A DNA stretch of 37,682 bases from a virus. Its lineage: Duplodnaviria > Heunggongvirae > Uroviricota > Caudoviricetes. The notes under the pieces were generated by a model. The model was not told the origin of the DNA and made no database searches. It saw only the letters and a list, made by a program, of their open reading frames with translations. Positions within the stretch are counted from its first letter, which is position 1. The number at the start of each line of letters is the position of its first letter. This document shows, piece by piece, positions 37,425-37,682 of this stretch. The translations under genes and the position numbers were made by a program. The DNA lies in IMG/VR virus record IMGVR_UViG_2778261545_000003; one strand, written 5' to 3'.

Positions 37425-37682
37425 TCAGGCGTCCAGATTTTCTTTCACCCATGCAGCAAAATCGGTATAGCCGCCGATATGTTGCTGATCGACAAAAATC
37501 TGCGGCACGGTTTCTACGGGTTTACCTGCCTTTTGTTGTAGATCTTCTTTAGTGATCCCTTCCGCACGAATATCTACATACTGATACTGAAAATCATCGC
37601 GTTCATTGCTCAATTTCTCAGCCAGATCTTTTGCACGCACACAGTAAGGGCAACCCGAACGACCAAAAATAACGGTTTGCAT
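37425..37682 (-). CDS. grxA: Glutaredoxin 1 (host)
   Basis: 85 aa with the CPYC active site (MQTVIFGRSGCPYCVRAK...); start codon is at the window end. Confidence 0.9.
   Translation of the reverse strand: MQTVIFGRSGCPYCVRAKDLAEKLSNERDDFQYQYVDIRAEGITKEDLQQKAGKPVETVPQIFVDQQHIGGYTDFAAWVKENLDA

Noticed and set aside
1-37682. CRISPR arrays, tRNA or rRNA genes
   Set aside because: No regularly spaced direct repeats with unique spacers and no tRNA-like cloverleaf regions noticed on reading the intergenic regions.

Overview
The window is almost entirely a P2/186-family temperate myovirus prophage (about 1 to 34,830), with host genes ybjL, ybjM and grxA at the right edge. The prophage is syntenic with P2: int, a 186-type switch (cI / apl / cII), early genes including a TraR-like zinc finger and dam, replication initiator A, an SOS-type tum/dinI-like operon with a LexA box, then Q-P / O-N-M-L, X, lysis cassette, R, S, V-W-J-I-H-G, FI-FII-E/E'-T-U-D and ogr. 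Three P2-type late-promoter dyads (TGT-N12-ACA) and the conserved E/E' -1 frameshift site are visible. The most interesting content is AT-rich cargo inserted at four positions: (1) a HipA-like kinase plus HIRAN-domain protein operon between a candidate cos site and portal gene Q; (2) a 176-aa orphan gene between the SOS operon and cos; (3) a coiled-coil/2-TM protein between cI and int; (4) an HNH-like protein between S and V. Also notable are a repressor with a tandemly duplicated DNA-binding domain and a Mu-G-like invertible tail-fibre segment whose invertase is frameshifted by a 5-bp AGGGC repeat expansion. All calls are from reading the sequence and translated ORFs, with no database searches run.
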